From NCBI GenBank assembly GCA_012735505.1, contig JAAYHE010000029.1:1988-65987 (forward strand): a DNA stretch of 64,000 nt. The letters are read 5' to 3'. The position numbers and the translations under genes are program-made. The notes under the pieces were generated by a model. That model was not told the origin of the DNA, ran no database searches, and was given only the letters and a program-made list of their open reading frames with translations. The stretch is from Bacillota bacterium (GTDB taxonomy: Bacteria; Bacillota; UBA994; UBA5500). Positions 42,389 through 52,841 of this stretch are shown piece after piece. Positions within the stretch are counted from its first letter, which is position 1. Every line of letters starts with the position of its first letter.

Positions 42389-43778
42389 TGGGGTACTGGT
42401 TAAGGGAAATAAAGAAACGGTTATTGACCGGGTGGTAATCGACAGCAGGGTGGCCACTCCTGGTTGCCTATTTATCCCCCTACGAGGTGAACGGGTTGAT
42501 GGGCATCGTTTTATTGCTGATGCAGCCGGCAGAGGGGCAGTTGCTACCCTAGCCGGCTGTGCTTGGTTGGAGTCTAATCCGCTGCCTCAGATAGAGGTAA
42601 TTAGAGTAGGAGATACAGGTATTGCGTTGCAGCAGTGGGCACGCCGCTATTTAACTCACTTGCCGGCCCGTATAGTGGGTGTCACAGGTAGCACCGGCAA
42701 AACAACAACGAAAGAGATGATCGCTGCAGTATTACAAGCAAGTTTTTGCGTGCTTAAGAACGAAGGTAATCTAAATACTGAAATAGGTTTGCCACTCACA
42801 GTAATTCAGGCTGAGCCTCAACATGAGCTTCTGGTTCTGGAAATGGCCATGCGGGGTAAGGGCGAAATAAAGCAACTTACCGAGATTGCCGTGCCAGATA
42901 TAGCAGTTATTACTAATGTGGGTGAAGCCCATATTGAGTTACTGGGTAGCCTAGAGCAAATCGCTGAAACCAAGGGTGAAATTCTAGAGGGCATGGCGGA
43001 TGATGGAATAGCTGTGCTCAATGGTGACGATGAGCAAGTGCTAGCGCAAGCCCCGAAAGCACCTGGTGACATCATCTATTTTGGTGTGGGTCGCAAGCCG
43101 GAACAAACACGGCGCCTATCAGCAGTTGAATTCACCAATAAGGGAGATTGCTTGGAATTCGTGATCGAATGGCAAGGTGAGCGGCGAGAAGTCTTCTTCC
43201 CCTGGCCGGGCCAGCACAACGTTTACAATGCAACTGCTGCCTTAGCAGTCGGATTAGCTTGCGGTATGACCTTGAATCAGGCAATCGAGGGATTAGCTTC
43301 GTATCGACCGGCGCAAAACAGATTAAACATTCATACTGTGCGCGGTTTTACAGTTATCGATGATACTTATAACGCTAACCCAACGTCCATGCGGGTCGGA
43401 CTTAGAGTTTTACAAGAGTATCCGCAGGCATCGCGTCGCGTTGCGGTTTTAGGGGATATGTTGGAGCTCGGCGATTTAGCCGAGGAGGCGCATTTCCAAC
43501 TGGGAGAGCTTGTAGCGGAGCAGGGATTGGACGAACTGCTTACGGTGGGCGAGTTGGCTCGGAGTATTGCTCGCGGAGCTATAGCTGGCGGACTTGCACC
43601 CCATAAAGTACGTAGCTTTGCCACTAATCAGGAAGCGGCAGCCTATTTGCTGGCGACGCAGGTTCCAGGGCAGCTACTACTAATCAAGGGGTCCCGCGGT
43701 ATGCAGATGGAAGAGATTGTGGAGGTCTTGCTGGGAGAGGAAGGTGAGGCAGATGACTCTGGAAATGCGCCTGCTTAG
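42348..43778 (+). CDS. murF: UDP-N-acetylmuramoyl-tripeptide--D-alanyl-D-alanine ligase MurF
   Basis: Mur ligase motif GVTGSTGKTTTKEM. Overlaps murE. Confidence 0.85.
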   Translation: MKKWTLGEVAHLADGVLVKGNKETVIDRVVIDSRVATPGCLFIPLRGERVDGHRFIADAAGRGAVATLAGCAWLESNPLPQIEVIRVGDTGIALQQWARRYLTHLPARIVGVTGSTGKTTTKEMIAAVLQASFCVLKNEGNLNTEIGLPLTVIQAEPQHELLVLEMAMRGKGEIKQLTEIAVPDIAVITNVGEAHIELLGSLEQIAETKGEILEGMADDGIAVLNGDDEQVLAQAPKAPGDIIYFGVGRKPEQTRRLSAVEFTNKGDCLEFVIEWQGERREVFFPWPGQHNVYNATAALAVGLACGMTLNQAIEGLASYRPAQNRLNIHTVRGFTVIDDTYNANPTSMRVGLRVLQEYPQASRRVAVLGDMLELGDLAEEAHFQLGELVAEQGLDELLTVGELARSIARGAIAGGLAPHKVRSFATNQEAAAYLLATQVPGQLLLIKGSRGMQMEEIVEVLLGEEGEADDSGNAPA

Positions 43779-44733
43779 TGCAGCCTTGACTGCCTTGCTG
43801 ATAGGTTTAGCTATGGGCCCCGCTATTTTGCCGATACTGCGTAGGTTAAAAGTGCAACAAACTGTGCGCGAAGAAGGCCCTGCTAGCCATCTGAAAAAGG
43901 CTGGGACTCCTACTATGGGTGGGGTGCTGTTCCTTATCCCTCTTGTAATAGCAGCCATTATCTTCGTACCGGCAAAAGATCGCCCCCGAGCGGCAGCTTG
44001 GTTATGGTTAGTACTGGGCTCAGGGCTTGTGGGGTTCTTAGACGACTATATAATAGTCGTCAAACGTCAATCTCTAGGCCTGCGGGCACGAGAAAAGTTA
44101 GTCGGACAAATCTTGGTGGCTCTAATCTTCTATGGCATGTTAGTTTACCTTGGCCACTCGCGCGAACTTATCGTGCCTTTCCTTGGACTGCGTATAGATC
44201 TAGGTTGGCTATATTTGCCGTTTGTGGTGTTGATCGTGCTATCAGCTGGTAATGGCGCGAACTTGACTGACGGCGTTGATGGCTTACTGGGAAGTACCAT
44301 GGTGGTCACCTCATTAACCTATCTTTTCATCGGGCTTGTTACAGAAGTTGAGGTGGTTGCTGTACTGAGCGCAGCCCTCATTGGTGCTCTCTTGGCTTTT
44401 CTTCGTTTCAACTGGCATCCTGCATCCGTCTTTATGGGTGATGTTGGCTCCTTAGCCTTAGGAGGAGCGCTTTCTGGTGCCGCGATTTTGACGAAAACAG
44501 AACTTCTGCTAATTCCTATCGGCATCATTTTGGTGATTGAAACGTTATCCCTGATCATACAGGTAATGTATTTTCGCAGAACCGGCGGGCGACGTTTCTT
44601 TCGTATGGCACCTATTCATCATCACTTTGAGTTAGGTGGCTGGTCTGAGGTCAAAGTGGTGGCAGTTTGGTGTTTGACAAGCGTCGTAGGCAGTCTCGTC
44701 GGTCTTTGGGCCTTATCTACTATGGGTATTTAG
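43753..44733 (+). CDS. mraY: phospho-N-acetylmuramoyl-pentapeptide transferase MraY
   Basis: Carries conserved MraY segments (GTPTMGG, NLTDGLDGL-like DGVDGLL, HHHFEL). ATG at 43753 follows AAGGTGAGG. The ORF track starts at 43717. Confidence 0.9.
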   Translation: MTLEMRLLSAALTALLIGLAMGPAILPILRRLKVQQTVREEGPASHLKKAGTPTMGGVLFLIPLVIAAIIFVPAKDRPRAAAWLWLVLGSGLVGFLDDYIIVVKRQSLGLRAREKLVGQILVALIFYGMLVYLGHSRELIVPFLGLRIDLGWLYLPFVVLIVLSAGNGANLTDGVDGLLGSTMVVTSLTYLFIGLVTEVEVVAVLSAALIGALLAFLRFNWHPASVFMGDVGSLALGGALSGAAILTKTELLLIPIGIILVIETLSLIIQVMYFRRTGGRRFFRMAPIHHHFELGGWSEVKVVAVWCLTSVVGSLVGLWALSTMGI

Positions 44734-44766
44734 AGACTAGGCATCCGACACGGAAGGTGGGTAGAT

Positions 44767-45885
44767 ATGAAGCGGCGAAAACACGCTCCTGATTTCGTGT
44801 TGTTGGTCACTACCCTTTTACTATTAGCTATCGGCATAGTCATGGTTTATAGCGCTAGTGAATATGAATCTCGCAAAGTGACGCGAACGGCAGAAAACCC
44901 AGAGGGATACAACTATTTTGTGGTACGGCGACAATTAATCTGGATTGCTCTCGGCCTGGTAGCTATGTATGTTGGATCCAAAATAAACTACTGGTATTTG
45001 GCCCGCTTAGCAAAATTCGGCTACATAATGACAGTTATCCTATTAATTATGGTGAAAATACCTGGGCTGGGAGTTTCCCGTTATGGTGCTACCCGCTGGC
45101 TTGGGTTTGGTAATATTGTTTTTCAGCCGTCTGAGATCGCGAAATTGACTCTTACTCTTTTCCTTGCCCGCTGGTTGGCCATGCGGGGTGACCAGGTGAA
45201 AAGTTTTTCAAAAGGATTGGTTCCCCCAATACTGTTTACAGGCCTTATCTGCGGCCTGATCATGTTACAGCCTGATCTAGGCACCACAATCTCGGTGTTG
45301 GCCATAGCAGCTGTTCTGATTTTCGTGGCAGGGGCCCAGTGGAAGCACATCTTTGTGCTCGGCAGCGGAGCAATCTTGGGGATTATCGGGCTTATCTTTT
45401 CGGCTGACTACCGTTCCGATCGCTTAAGTTTTCTCAACCCTTGGGCAGACCCCCTCGCTAGCGGTCACCAATTGATACAATCCTACTATGCCTTAGGTTC
45501 TGGCGGCCTGTTTGGGCGCGGCTTGGCGCAAAGCATTCAGAAGCGCTTTTATTTGCCTTTTCCCCATACAGATTTTATTTTGGCCATCATCGGCGAGGAA
45601 TTAGGTTTCTTAGGCACATCCATTATTTGCGTTCTGTTTGCCGTCTTTGTGTGGCGGGGTTTTAAGATCGCGATGAGTGCTCCCGACTCTTTTGCTTCCT
45701 TGTTGGCTTCGGGTATGACTGCCATGGTGGGTACGCAGGCTGTTATCAACATTGCTGTCGTTACAGGCTCGATTCCAACTACTGGCATTCCGTTGCCCCT
45801 AATTAGCGCAGGAGGATCTTCTCTAATCTTTACCTTAGGCGCTATCGGTGTTTTGTTGAACATCTCCAAATATGCTCATGAATGA
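44767..45885 (+). CDS. ftsW: FtsW/SpoVE (SEDS family) peptidoglycan glycosyltransferase
   Basis: A 10-TM SEDS protein with conserved PSEIAKL and ...DFIL..IGEELG... motifs. Confidence 0.85.
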   Translation: MKRRKHAPDFVLLVTTLLLLAIGIVMVYSASEYESRKVTRTAENPEGYNYFVVRRQLIWIALGLVAMYVGSKINYWYLARLAKFGYIMTVILLIMVKIPGLGVSRYGATRWLGFGNIVFQPSEIAKLTLTLFLARWLAMRGDQVKSFSKGLVPPILFTGLICGLIMLQPDLGTTISVLAIAAVLIFVAGAQWKHIFVLGSGAILGIIGLIFSADYRSDRLSFLNPWADPLASGHQLIQSYYALGSGGLFGRGLAQSIQKRFYLPFPHTDFILAIIGEELGFLGTSIICVLFAVFVWRGFKIAMSAPDSFASLLASGMTAMVGTQAVINIAVVTGSIPTTGIPLPLISAGGSSLIFTLGAIGVLLNISKYAHE

Positions 45886-45895
45886 TGGTGATAGA

Positions 45896-47002
45896 ATGAA
45901 AGTCTTGCTGGCGTGTGGCGGTACAGGAGGGCATATTTTCCCTGCAGTGGCAATCGCTAAAGCACTGCAAGCACAAGATCCCTCTTGTGAGATCTTGTTT
46001 CTGGGAGCCGAATATGGCATGGAAAAGAAGCTAATTCCGCAGGAGGGATTTCGCTTAGAAACTATCGAGGTCACCGGTTTGTCGCGCAGCAATCCGCTGG
46101 CAGCAGCACGCAGCTTAGCGCAAGCGGCACGTGGCCTATTGCGTGCCCGTAGCTTGATCAAACAATTTAATCCAGACCTGGCTATCGGCACTGGTGGCTA
46201 TGTCAGTGGGCCTGCTATTTTAGCTGCTGCGCTCCTAGGTATACCGACGATGATTCATGAACAAAATGCCTTCCCAGGATTGACGACCCGTATTTTGGCT
46301 CGCTTTGCTAGCGTCGTGGCTGTTAGCCATGAGGCTGCCATTGCTCGCTTGCCACAAGCCAGGCGCATTGTAGTTACCGGCTTACCTATCCGTCCTGCCT
46401 TCTATCAGATGGATAAGGCGCAAGCACGGGCTAAGATGGGGTTACCCCCTGAGGCAGTAGTAATATTGGCAGTAGGCGGGAGTGGTGGTGCCTTACGTTT
46501 GAACGAGGCTATTTCGCAAGCAGCACCCCATTTGTTGACAAAGCAAGAATTGGTCTTGCTTCAGATAACTGGGGAACGGTACTATGATAATGTGATAACT
46601 GTTGCTAAGAGTCTCGGGTGGCCAACAGTCTGGTCCAATCGCTGGCAGATCATCCGTTTTATGCACGACATGCCTGCAGCTCTAGCAGCAGCCGACCTAG
46701 TTATTTCTCGGGCTGGTGCTAGTACTCTTGAGGAAATTGCCGCCGTAGGTGTTCCCGCCATTGTCATTCCTTCTCCTAACGTTACGGATAATCATCAGGA
46801 GCATAATGCACGGGCTTTGGCAGCGCAAGGGGCAGCTGTTATCATTCTGGATCATCTTTTGACAGCAAAGAATTTGCTATCTACAATTGATGGCCTATTG
46901 AGGAATCCTGCCCAATTAGAGACAATGGCCCAGGCTTCTAAATCTGCCAGTCATCCGCAAGCGACGGCAGACTTGGTAGATCTTGCTCTTTCCTTGCTAT
47001 AG
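45896..47002 (+). CDS. murG: UDP-N-acetylglucosamine--N-acetylmuramyl-(pentapeptide) pyrophosphoryl-undecaprenol N-acetylglucosamine transferase MurG
   Basis: GGTGGHIFPA motif. Start at ATG 45896 (MKVLLACGG). The ORF track starts at 45872. Confidence 0.85.
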   Translation: MKVLLACGGTGGHIFPAVAIAKALQAQDPSCEILFLGAEYGMEKKLIPQEGFRLETIEVTGLSRSNPLAAARSLAQAARGLLRARSLIKQFNPDLAIGTGGYVSGPAILAAALLGIPTMIHEQNAFPGLTTRILARFASVVAVSHEAAIARLPQARRIVVTGLPIRPAFYQMDKAQARAKMGLPPEAVVILAVGGSGGALRLNEAISQAAPHLLTKQELVLLQITGERYYDNVITVAKSLGWPTVWSNRWQIIRFMHDMPAALAAADLVISRAGASTLEEIAAVGVPAIVIPSPNVTDNHQEHNARALAAQGAAVIILDHLLTAKNLLSTIDGLLRNPAQLETMAQASKSASHPQATADLVDLALSLL

Positions 47003-47135
47003 GCAGCAGTTTCGGACTAGGCGTCTAGCGGACAAGCCCGAGTAACACAATAGCGCGATTACCCATACAATGGTGTTATAGATGCACAACTAGGCGACAC
47101 AAGCAACATGATGAGAGTGGGGTGACCACATACCG

Positions 47136-48392
47136 ATGGAACGGATTGTGATTGCAGGAGGAAGGCCGCTGTCGGGTAGAGTGCGTGTAGGCGGCGCAAA
47201 AAACGCTGCTCTACCTATCTTAGGAGCAACTCTGCTTACCGGCGAACCGTGTACAGTTCGAGATCTACCTAACTTAACGGACATTGATGTGATGCGTAAC
47301 ATACTGCGGGCGTTAGGAGCGAGAGTGGAAGTGTTTGGCAGCTCAACTACGGTTGAAGCGAAACACTTGACTTCGCAGACGGTGCCAGAACATTTGATGC
47401 GCGAGATGCGCTCTTCCATCATTGTCATGGGAGCCTTGCTGGCTCGTTTTGGCAGAGTGAAGGTTTCGCAACCTGGAGGCTGTGCCATTGGTTCGCGACC
47501 TATCGACTTGCACCTCAAAGGATTAAAAGAATTAGGTGCGGAAATTACGGAAAGACATGGCTACATCATCGCCGAATGCGACCGCTTGCGAGGTGCTTCT
47601 ATTCACTTGGATTTTCCTAGCGTGGGCGCAACCGAAAATATAATGATGGCTGCCACTCTGGCCGAGGGGCAAACAGTCATTACTAATGCGGCTAAGGAGC
47701 CCGAAATAGTAGATCTGCAAAACTTCATAAACTCCTTAGGTGCTAAGATTAAAGGTGCTGGTACCGATACTATTCGCATAGAAGGCGTAGAAAAACTACA
47801 CGGAGCCGATTATTCAGTTATTCCCGACCGGATTGTAGCCGGTACATATATCATAGCTGGAGCGATAACAGGGGGTAATATTGTAGTTGAAAATGTTATT
47901 CCCGAGCACCTTGATTCCTTGTTGGCTAAGTTGCGGGAAATGGGTGTTGAACTGGACGTTAAGGGTGACAGTGTGGCTGTCAGTGCCCAGCATCCTCTCC
48001 GAGCCATCGATTCTTTGCGGACTTTGCCTTACCCAGGCTTTCCTACCGATCTGCAGGCTCCGATGATGGCTCTGCTTTGCTTAGCTAGTGGCACCAGTAT
48101 TGTTACCGAAACAGTTTTCGAAAGCCGCTTTAAACATGTAGATGAATTACGCAGGATGGGAGCCAACATCAAGGTCAACGAGCGGACAGCTGTTATTAAA
48201 GGCGTGCCCACACTATCTAGCGCTACGGTAGCAGCAACTGACTTGCGCGCTGGTGCTGCTCTAGTCCTAGCTGGATTGGCGGCTGATGGTATTACTATCG
48301 TTGAAGACGTACACCACATCTATCGTGGTTACGATAACCTAGAAGATGACTTGCGATCTCTAGGTGCGCGCATCGAGCGCATCGGAGGCTAA
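47136..48392 (+). CDS. murA: UDP-N-acetylglucosamine 1-carboxyvinyltransferase MurA
   Basis: Full-length MurA with the N-terminus MERIVIAGGRPLSGRVRVGGAKNAALP and the catalytic Cys region. Confidence 0.85.
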   Translation: MERIVIAGGRPLSGRVRVGGAKNAALPILGATLLTGEPCTVRDLPNLTDIDVMRNILRALGARVEVFGSSTTVEAKHLTSQTVPEHLMREMRSSIIVMGALLARFGRVKVSQPGGCAIGSRPIDLHLKGLKELGAEITERHGYIIAECDRLRGASIHLDFPSVGATENIMMAATLAEGQTVITNAAKEPEIVDLQNFINSLGAKIKGAGTDTIRIEGVEKLHGADYSVIPDRIVAGTYIIAGAITGGNIVVENVIPEHLDSLLAKLREMGVELDVKGDSVAVSAQHPLRAIDSLRTLPYPGFPTDLQAPMMALLCLASGTSIVTETVFESRFKHVDELRRMGANIKVNERTAVIKGVPTLSSATVAATDLRAGAALVLAGLAADGITIVEDVHHIYRGYDNLEDDLRSLGARIERIGG

Positions 48393-49156
48393 TGTCGCTA
48401 TCTGGAAAGACGAAGGAGGCAGGCAGTTTGATGGTAGCTAAGAAAAAAGTTAGATTAGCCTTCCTTCTGCTGCTTCTCCTTCTTTTTTGCTGGCAGTTGG
48501 TACAAGCCCCCTGGTTTCTGGCTGTAAGAGAAGTGGAAGTACGGCAAACCTCTACCTTAAGCCCTTGGGAAGTGGAGCAGATTGCCGGGGTCTATCGGGG
48601 AATGAGTTTGCTTAAGGTAGATATAAAACAAATGCAACGACGTCTGGAGGCCGACCAGCGCATTTTGCAGGCAGAAGTTACCCGGCGTTTACCAGGTGCT
48701 CTAGTAATTACTATCCAGGAGAATGTAGGGATAGCGGCAGTTCCTTACTTTACCGGTTGGTTAGAAGTCAATCGGGAAGGATGCGTACTTTCGGTCACCC
48801 ACCAGTTTGCTTCTCTCAATTTGCCGATCGTTGTAGGTCTAAAGCCACAAGTGGTTACTGTCGGTGAAAAGCTAGACGATGAACTAGGTTGGCAGGTAGC
48901 TAGCACTTGCTTAACTCTTTTGCCCCCTAACCTGCTGGAGCAGATTTCCGAGATCAACGTGAGCAACCCAGAGAGTATAGTTTTCTACACACGTGATCCT
49001 CTGCGCGTTATGATCGGCGACAGCAAGAATCTTACCCAGAAGTTTAATGCCTTATCCAAAATGCTAGATCAAATTCGTACCGACCATGCGTCGTCATTAC
49101 AAGACGGGCAAGTAGATGTTAGCAGCGGTAGGGCTGTTTTTATAAAAAAACGCTAA
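48392..49156 (+). CDS. ftsQ: cell division protein FtsQ/DivIB (POTRA domain)
   Basis: A bitopic protein with a POTRA-like domain. Its ATG overlaps the murA stop by 1 nt. Confidence 0.7.
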   Translation: MSLSGKTKEAGSLMVAKKKVRLAFLLLLLLLFCWQLVQAPWFLAVREVEVRQTSTLSPWEVEQIAGVYRGMSLLKVDIKQMQRRLEADQRILQAEVTRRLPGALVITIQENVGIAAVPYFTGWLEVNREGCVLSVTHQFASLNLPIVVGLKPQVVTVGEKLDDELGWQVASTCLTLLPPNLLEQISEINVSNPESIVFYTRDPLRVMIGDSKNLTQKFNALSKMLDQIRTDHASSLQDGQVDVSSGRAVFIKKR

Positions 49157-49175
49157 AAAATGAGGTTGGCTATCA

Positions 49176-49898
49176 ATGAAAAATAAAACGACCCAGTTAA
49201 CGTTATCTTTTGTTTCCCTTCTATTAGGAGTGTTGATTGCAGTCCAGCTCAGGTCTGCCGCAGATGTGTATAATGCGGTACCAGACCTGCGTGTTACTGA
49301 AATGCGCGCCGTGCTTATGGAGACTATTACACAAAATCAGCTTTTGACCCGGGAGCTAGAAGAGGCGCGCGACAAATTGCGTCAATTTGAAGAGATGGCT
49401 ATGAGAGGTGAGGGAGCCCTAGAACTCATTGAAGCCGAGCTAAACAACGCCCGGATGTTGGCAGGTTTGGTAGACGTAAGTGGCCCCGGCTTGACCGTAA
49501 TACTCACCGATAGCCAAGCGCCTGCAATGCCGGGAGACAATCCTAACGTCTATATTGTGCATGATGAAGACTTGTTGAAACTAGTTAATGTATTGGCTGC
49601 GGCCGGAGCGGAAGCAATATCTATCAACGATCAGCGCCTTTTAGCTACTTCCGAAATCCACTGCGCAGGGCCCACAATTTCAATTAACAATATTCGAGTG
49701 GGGGCACCTTTTGTCATCAAGGCAATAGGTAACCCAGAAACTATGGAGAGTGCGCTGCGGATGCGTGATGGGATTGTTGACACCCTAAATTTCTATGGCA
49801 TCGGGGTTCAGGTTAAACGGGAAGCTAATTTGGTAATTCCGGCATATAAACGGCCCCTACGTTTCGATTATGCCCGGCCGGAAGGAGGGGGTAAGTAA
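49176..49898 (+). CDS. DUF881-family protein (YlxW/YlxX-like, dcw-cluster associated)
   Basis: TM anchor, coiled coil and DUF881-like C-terminal domain. Its position between ftsQ and ftsA matches B. subtilis ylxW/ylxX. Confidence 0.55.
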   Translation: MKNKTTQLTLSFVSLLLGVLIAVQLRSAADVYNAVPDLRVTEMRAVLMETITQNQLLTRELEEARDKLRQFEEMAMRGEGALELIEAELNNARMLAGLVDVSGPGLTVILTDSQAPAMPGDNPNVYIVHDEDLLKLVNVLAAAGAEAISINDQRLLATSEIHCAGPTISINNIRVGAPFVIKAIGNPETMESALRMRDGIVDTLNFYGIGVQVKREANLVIPAYKRPLRFDYARPEGGGK

Positions 49899-49899
49899 T

Positions 49900-50259
49900 A
49901 TGCTTTTACCACTAATGGCGCTTCTTCTCGGTCTATTCATAGGGCAAGTTGCTAAAATCAATATTTCGGCCGCTCTCGCGACCTATATGTCGGTCGCCCT
50001 CCTAGCTGCCCTAGATTCGGTATTAGGAGGAATTCGAGCCTCATTAGAAGGCAATTTTGACGACCTCATCTTTGTTACCGGTTTCTTCAGCAATGCCCTC
50101 TTGGCAGGAGTGCTGGCCTTCATTGGCGACAAGTTGGGAGTCAACTTATATATGGCGGCCATTTTCGCGTTTGGCGTGCGTCTTTTCCAGAACCTGGCTA
50201 TTATTAGGCGTATCTTGGTACAAAACGTTTCCAATTGGTTTCATGAAAGACGAGAATAA
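49900..50259 (+). CDS. sbp: small basic protein Sbp-like membrane protein (DUF1290)
   Basis: A roughly 119-aa 3-4 TM protein just upstream of ftsA, as in Bacillus. ATG at 49900 follows GGAGGGGG. Confidence 0.5.
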   Translation: MLLPLMALLLGLFIGQVAKINISAALATYMSVALLAALDSVLGGIRASLEGNFDDLIFVTGFFSNALLAGVLAFIGDKLGVNLYMAAIFAFGVRLFQNLAIIRRILVQNVSNWFHERRE

Positions 50260-50417
50260 GTTGGCGTTAAAGGCCCTAGGTAAGCAAGATTTCTGCAAAA
50301 TTGTAACAGGAACCTGGCAACATATGTTGAATTACTATAGATAGGTGTAGCTTTTAGGCCGGGTGAAGATGGGCTGATTGGGGTTGGCACTTTGACGCCC
50401 GTGTGGGAGGTGGGAGA

Positions 50418-51638
50418 GTGGCCAGAAGGGGCATAATTGCGGGTCTTGATGTGGGAACATCCTTTGTCCGCTGCGCTATTTGCGAAGTAGATCAGCGAGG
50501 CAGCTGGAATGTTATTGGTCTTGGGAGCAGCCGCTCTGAAGGCATCAAGAAGGGTATTGTTGTTGATATTGAAAGCACTGTGCGCTGTATAGAAGAAGCG
50601 GTAGATTCGGCTCAGCGTATGGCGGGCGTTAGCCTCGATTCAGTTTATGTGGGCGTGCCCAATGCTCATGCTTCATTAATAGTAAACCGGGGAATCGTAG
50701 CTGTCTCTAGTGATGATAAGGAGATAACCGAGGCAGATGTGGAACGCGTATTACAAGCAGCCCGGGTTATTAACCTGCCCCCGAACCGACAAATTATCGA
50801 TGTCATTCCGCGCCAGTACATTATTGATGGCTATGAAGGAATTCGCTCACCGGCAGGTATGGCAGGCATTCGGCTGGAAGTTGAGGCTTTGCTGGTGACG
50901 GGTGCTGTTACCTCCATCCAGAACTTAGTGCGATGCGTGGAAAGAGCTGGCCTTGAAGTCGAATCGTTAGTTTTGAACGCCATGGCTTTAGGTGAACTAG
51001 CTTTATCTCCCGACGAGAAAGAACTTGGTGTAGTATTAGTTGATCTCGGTGGTGGCATCTGCGAAATAGCCTATTTTAGTAACGGTGCGTTGCAGTCTAT
51101 CGGCGCAATCCCTCTCGGTGGAGACCATATAACTAGCGACATTGCTTATGGTTTGCGTACCAGTTTAGGTGTAGCAGAACAGATTAAGATTGACCATGGC
51201 ACGCTATTACATATACCGGAAGACAAGACTTTTGAAATTCCCGATGTGGGAGGTCAAAGTAGCCGTAACGTTTCGTCGCGAAAACTGGCCGCTATCATTG
51301 AAGCGCGGGTACATGAAATATTGAGTTTCATTAGAGACGAGTTGCCCAACCTCAGGGTGCCTGAGGCAATACCTTCGGGCCTTGTTTTGGTTGGCGGTGT
51401 AGCTCAAACTGAGGGGCTTGCGGCCTATTTGCGAGAGATGCTCGAATGTAGTGTGCGGTTAGCGCAAGATGGTACCACAGGGGTAGAAGATGCCTCATAC
51501 GCCTTGGCCATCGGTCTAGTCATGCATGCATTGCGGCGGTCGTCTGGAAATGAATCCCTTCATACCGCGCGTCGGGAACGAAAAACAGGCGGCTTTTTGT
51601 CCCGAGTAGCCAATTGGTTAAGAGATATGTGGGAATAG
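50418..51638 (+). CDS. ftsA: cell division protein FtsA
   Basis: Actin-like ATPase ([13 protein letters not shown]). GTG start after GGGAGGTGGGAG. Confidence 0.85.
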   Translation: MARRGIIAGLDVGTSFVRCAICEVDQRGSWNVIGLGSSRSEGIKKGIVVDIESTVRCIEEAVDSAQRMAGVSLDSVYVGVPNAHASLIVNRGIVAVSSDDKEITEADVERVLQAARVINLPPNRQIIDVIPRQYIIDGYEGIRSPAGMAGIRLEVEALLVTGAVTSIQNLVRCVERAGLEVESLVLNAMALGELALSPDEKELGVVLVDLGGGICEIAYFSNGALQSIGAIPLGGDHITSDIAYGLRTSLGVAEQIKIDHGTLLHIPEDKTFEIPDVGGQSSRNVSSRKLAAIIEARVHEILSFIRDELPNLRVPEAIPSGLVLVGGVAQTEGLAAYLREMLECSVRLAQDGTTGVEDASYALAIGLVMHALRRSSGNESLHTARRERKTGGFLSRVANWLRDMWE

Positions 51639-51661
51639 GTCCAGCAGAGGGAGGAAAGAAG

Positions 51662-52711
51662 ATGCTAGAACTCGATATGGAGTTAGAACAGTACGCTAAG
51701 ATAAAAGTAGTCGGTGTTGGTGGCGGCGGAAATAATGCTGTCAATTGCATGATCGAGGCCGGGTTGCAGGGCGTGGAGTTCATCGCAGTTAATACCGACG
51801 TACAGGCCCTTTCTCGCTCGTTGTCGCCCCACAAAATCCAGATTGGCGAGAAATTGACTCGGGGCCTAGGTGCCGGCGCTAACCCGGAGATTGGTAAGAA
51901 AGCTGCAGAAGAAAGCCGTGAACAGCTGCAGCAGTGTTTGCAGGGGGCCGACATGGTTTTTGTAACGGCAGGAATGGGCGGCGGTACAGGCACCGGCGCG
52001 GCACCAGTGGTGGCCTCAATTGCCCGAGAACAAGGGGCCCTGACCGTGGGCGTTGTCACGAAACCTTTTAGTTTTGAACAGAGGCGTCGTATGATGCAAG
52101 CGGAAAAGGGAATCCAGGTTCTGCGCGAGTGCGTTGACACCATCATTACCATTCCTAATGACCGCCTCTTACAAGTAATCGACAAAAACACCCCGATCCT
52201 GGAAGCTTTTAAAGTAGCAGACGATGTTTTGCGCCAAGGTGTTCAGGGTATTTCTGATCTGATTGCTGTTCCAGGTTTAATAAACCTAGATTTTGCAGAC
52301 GTTAAGACTATCATGACCCAAACCGGTTCTGCTCTCATGGGTATAGGACAAGCATCTGGCGAAAATCGAGCGGTAGAAGCAGCAAAACAGGCTGTTTCTA
52401 GTCCCTTACTAGAAACGTCAATCGAGGGGGCTAGAGGTGTGCTCCTCAGCATCACTGGTGGTGTTGATCTAAGCTTATTTGAGGTCAACAGAGCTGCCGA
52501 GATGATATCGCAAGCAGTTGATACTGATGCTATTTTTATTTTTGGAGCTGTTATCGACGAAAATATGAAAGATGACATTCGCATCACGGTGATAGCTACA
52601 GGCTTTGATGATCGTCCTCCGGAACCTATGTTTGAAGAAGTAGAAATTAAGCCTTTACACCACCTGAGCGACGATTTGGATATACCGGCTTTTATGCGAA
52701 GAAAACGCTAA
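51662..52711 (+). CDS. ftsZ: cell division GTPase FtsZ
   Basis: Tubulin signature GGGTGTG, N-terminal [15 protein letters not shown], and the C-terminal peptide [16 protein letters not shown] at 51662 follows AGGGAGGAAAG. Confidence 0.9.
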   Translation: MLELDMELEQYAKIKVVGVGGGGNNAVNCMIEAGLQGVEFIAVNTDVQALSRSLSPHKIQIGEKLTRGLGAGANPEIGKKAAEESREQLQQCLQGADMVFVTAGMGGGTGTGAAPVVASIAREQGALTVGVVTKPFSFEQRRRMMQAEKGIQVLRECVDTIITIPNDRLLQVIDKNTPILEAFKVADDVLRQGVQGISDLIAVPGLINLDFADVKTIMTQTGSALMGIGQASGENRAVEAAKQAVSSPLLETSIEGARGVLLSITGGVDLSLFEVNRAAEMISQAVDTDAIFIFGAVIDENMKDDIRITVIATGFDDRPPEPMFEEVEIKPLHHLSDDLDIPAFMRRKR

Positions 52712-52726
52712 TCTTGTATTAAAAAA

Positions 52727-52774
52727 CCCTGCTTTCTGACCGTGAGGTCTGGAAAGCAGGGTTTTCTTTCTTTC
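52727..52774 (+). terminator. rho-independent terminator after ftsZ
   Basis: A ccctgctttc / gaaagcaggg stem followed by TTTTCTTTCTTTC. Confidence 0.6.
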
Positions 52775-52818
52775 GACGGCGTCAAGTGACATTTTCCGCA
52801 AGACAACCTTCCTATAAT
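52772..52818 (+). promoter_or_regulatory. spoIIG-type promoter: Spo0A-box-like TTCGACG, GTGACA -35, 21-nt spacer, TATAAT -10
   Basis: The spacer is unusually long and a 0A-box (the reverse complement of TGNCGAA) sits just upstream. This matches the known Spo0A-P-dependent architecture of the B. subtilis spoIIG promoter. Confidence 0.45.
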
Positions 52819-52841
52819 GGGAATAGGGGGGCCGAAAGGTT

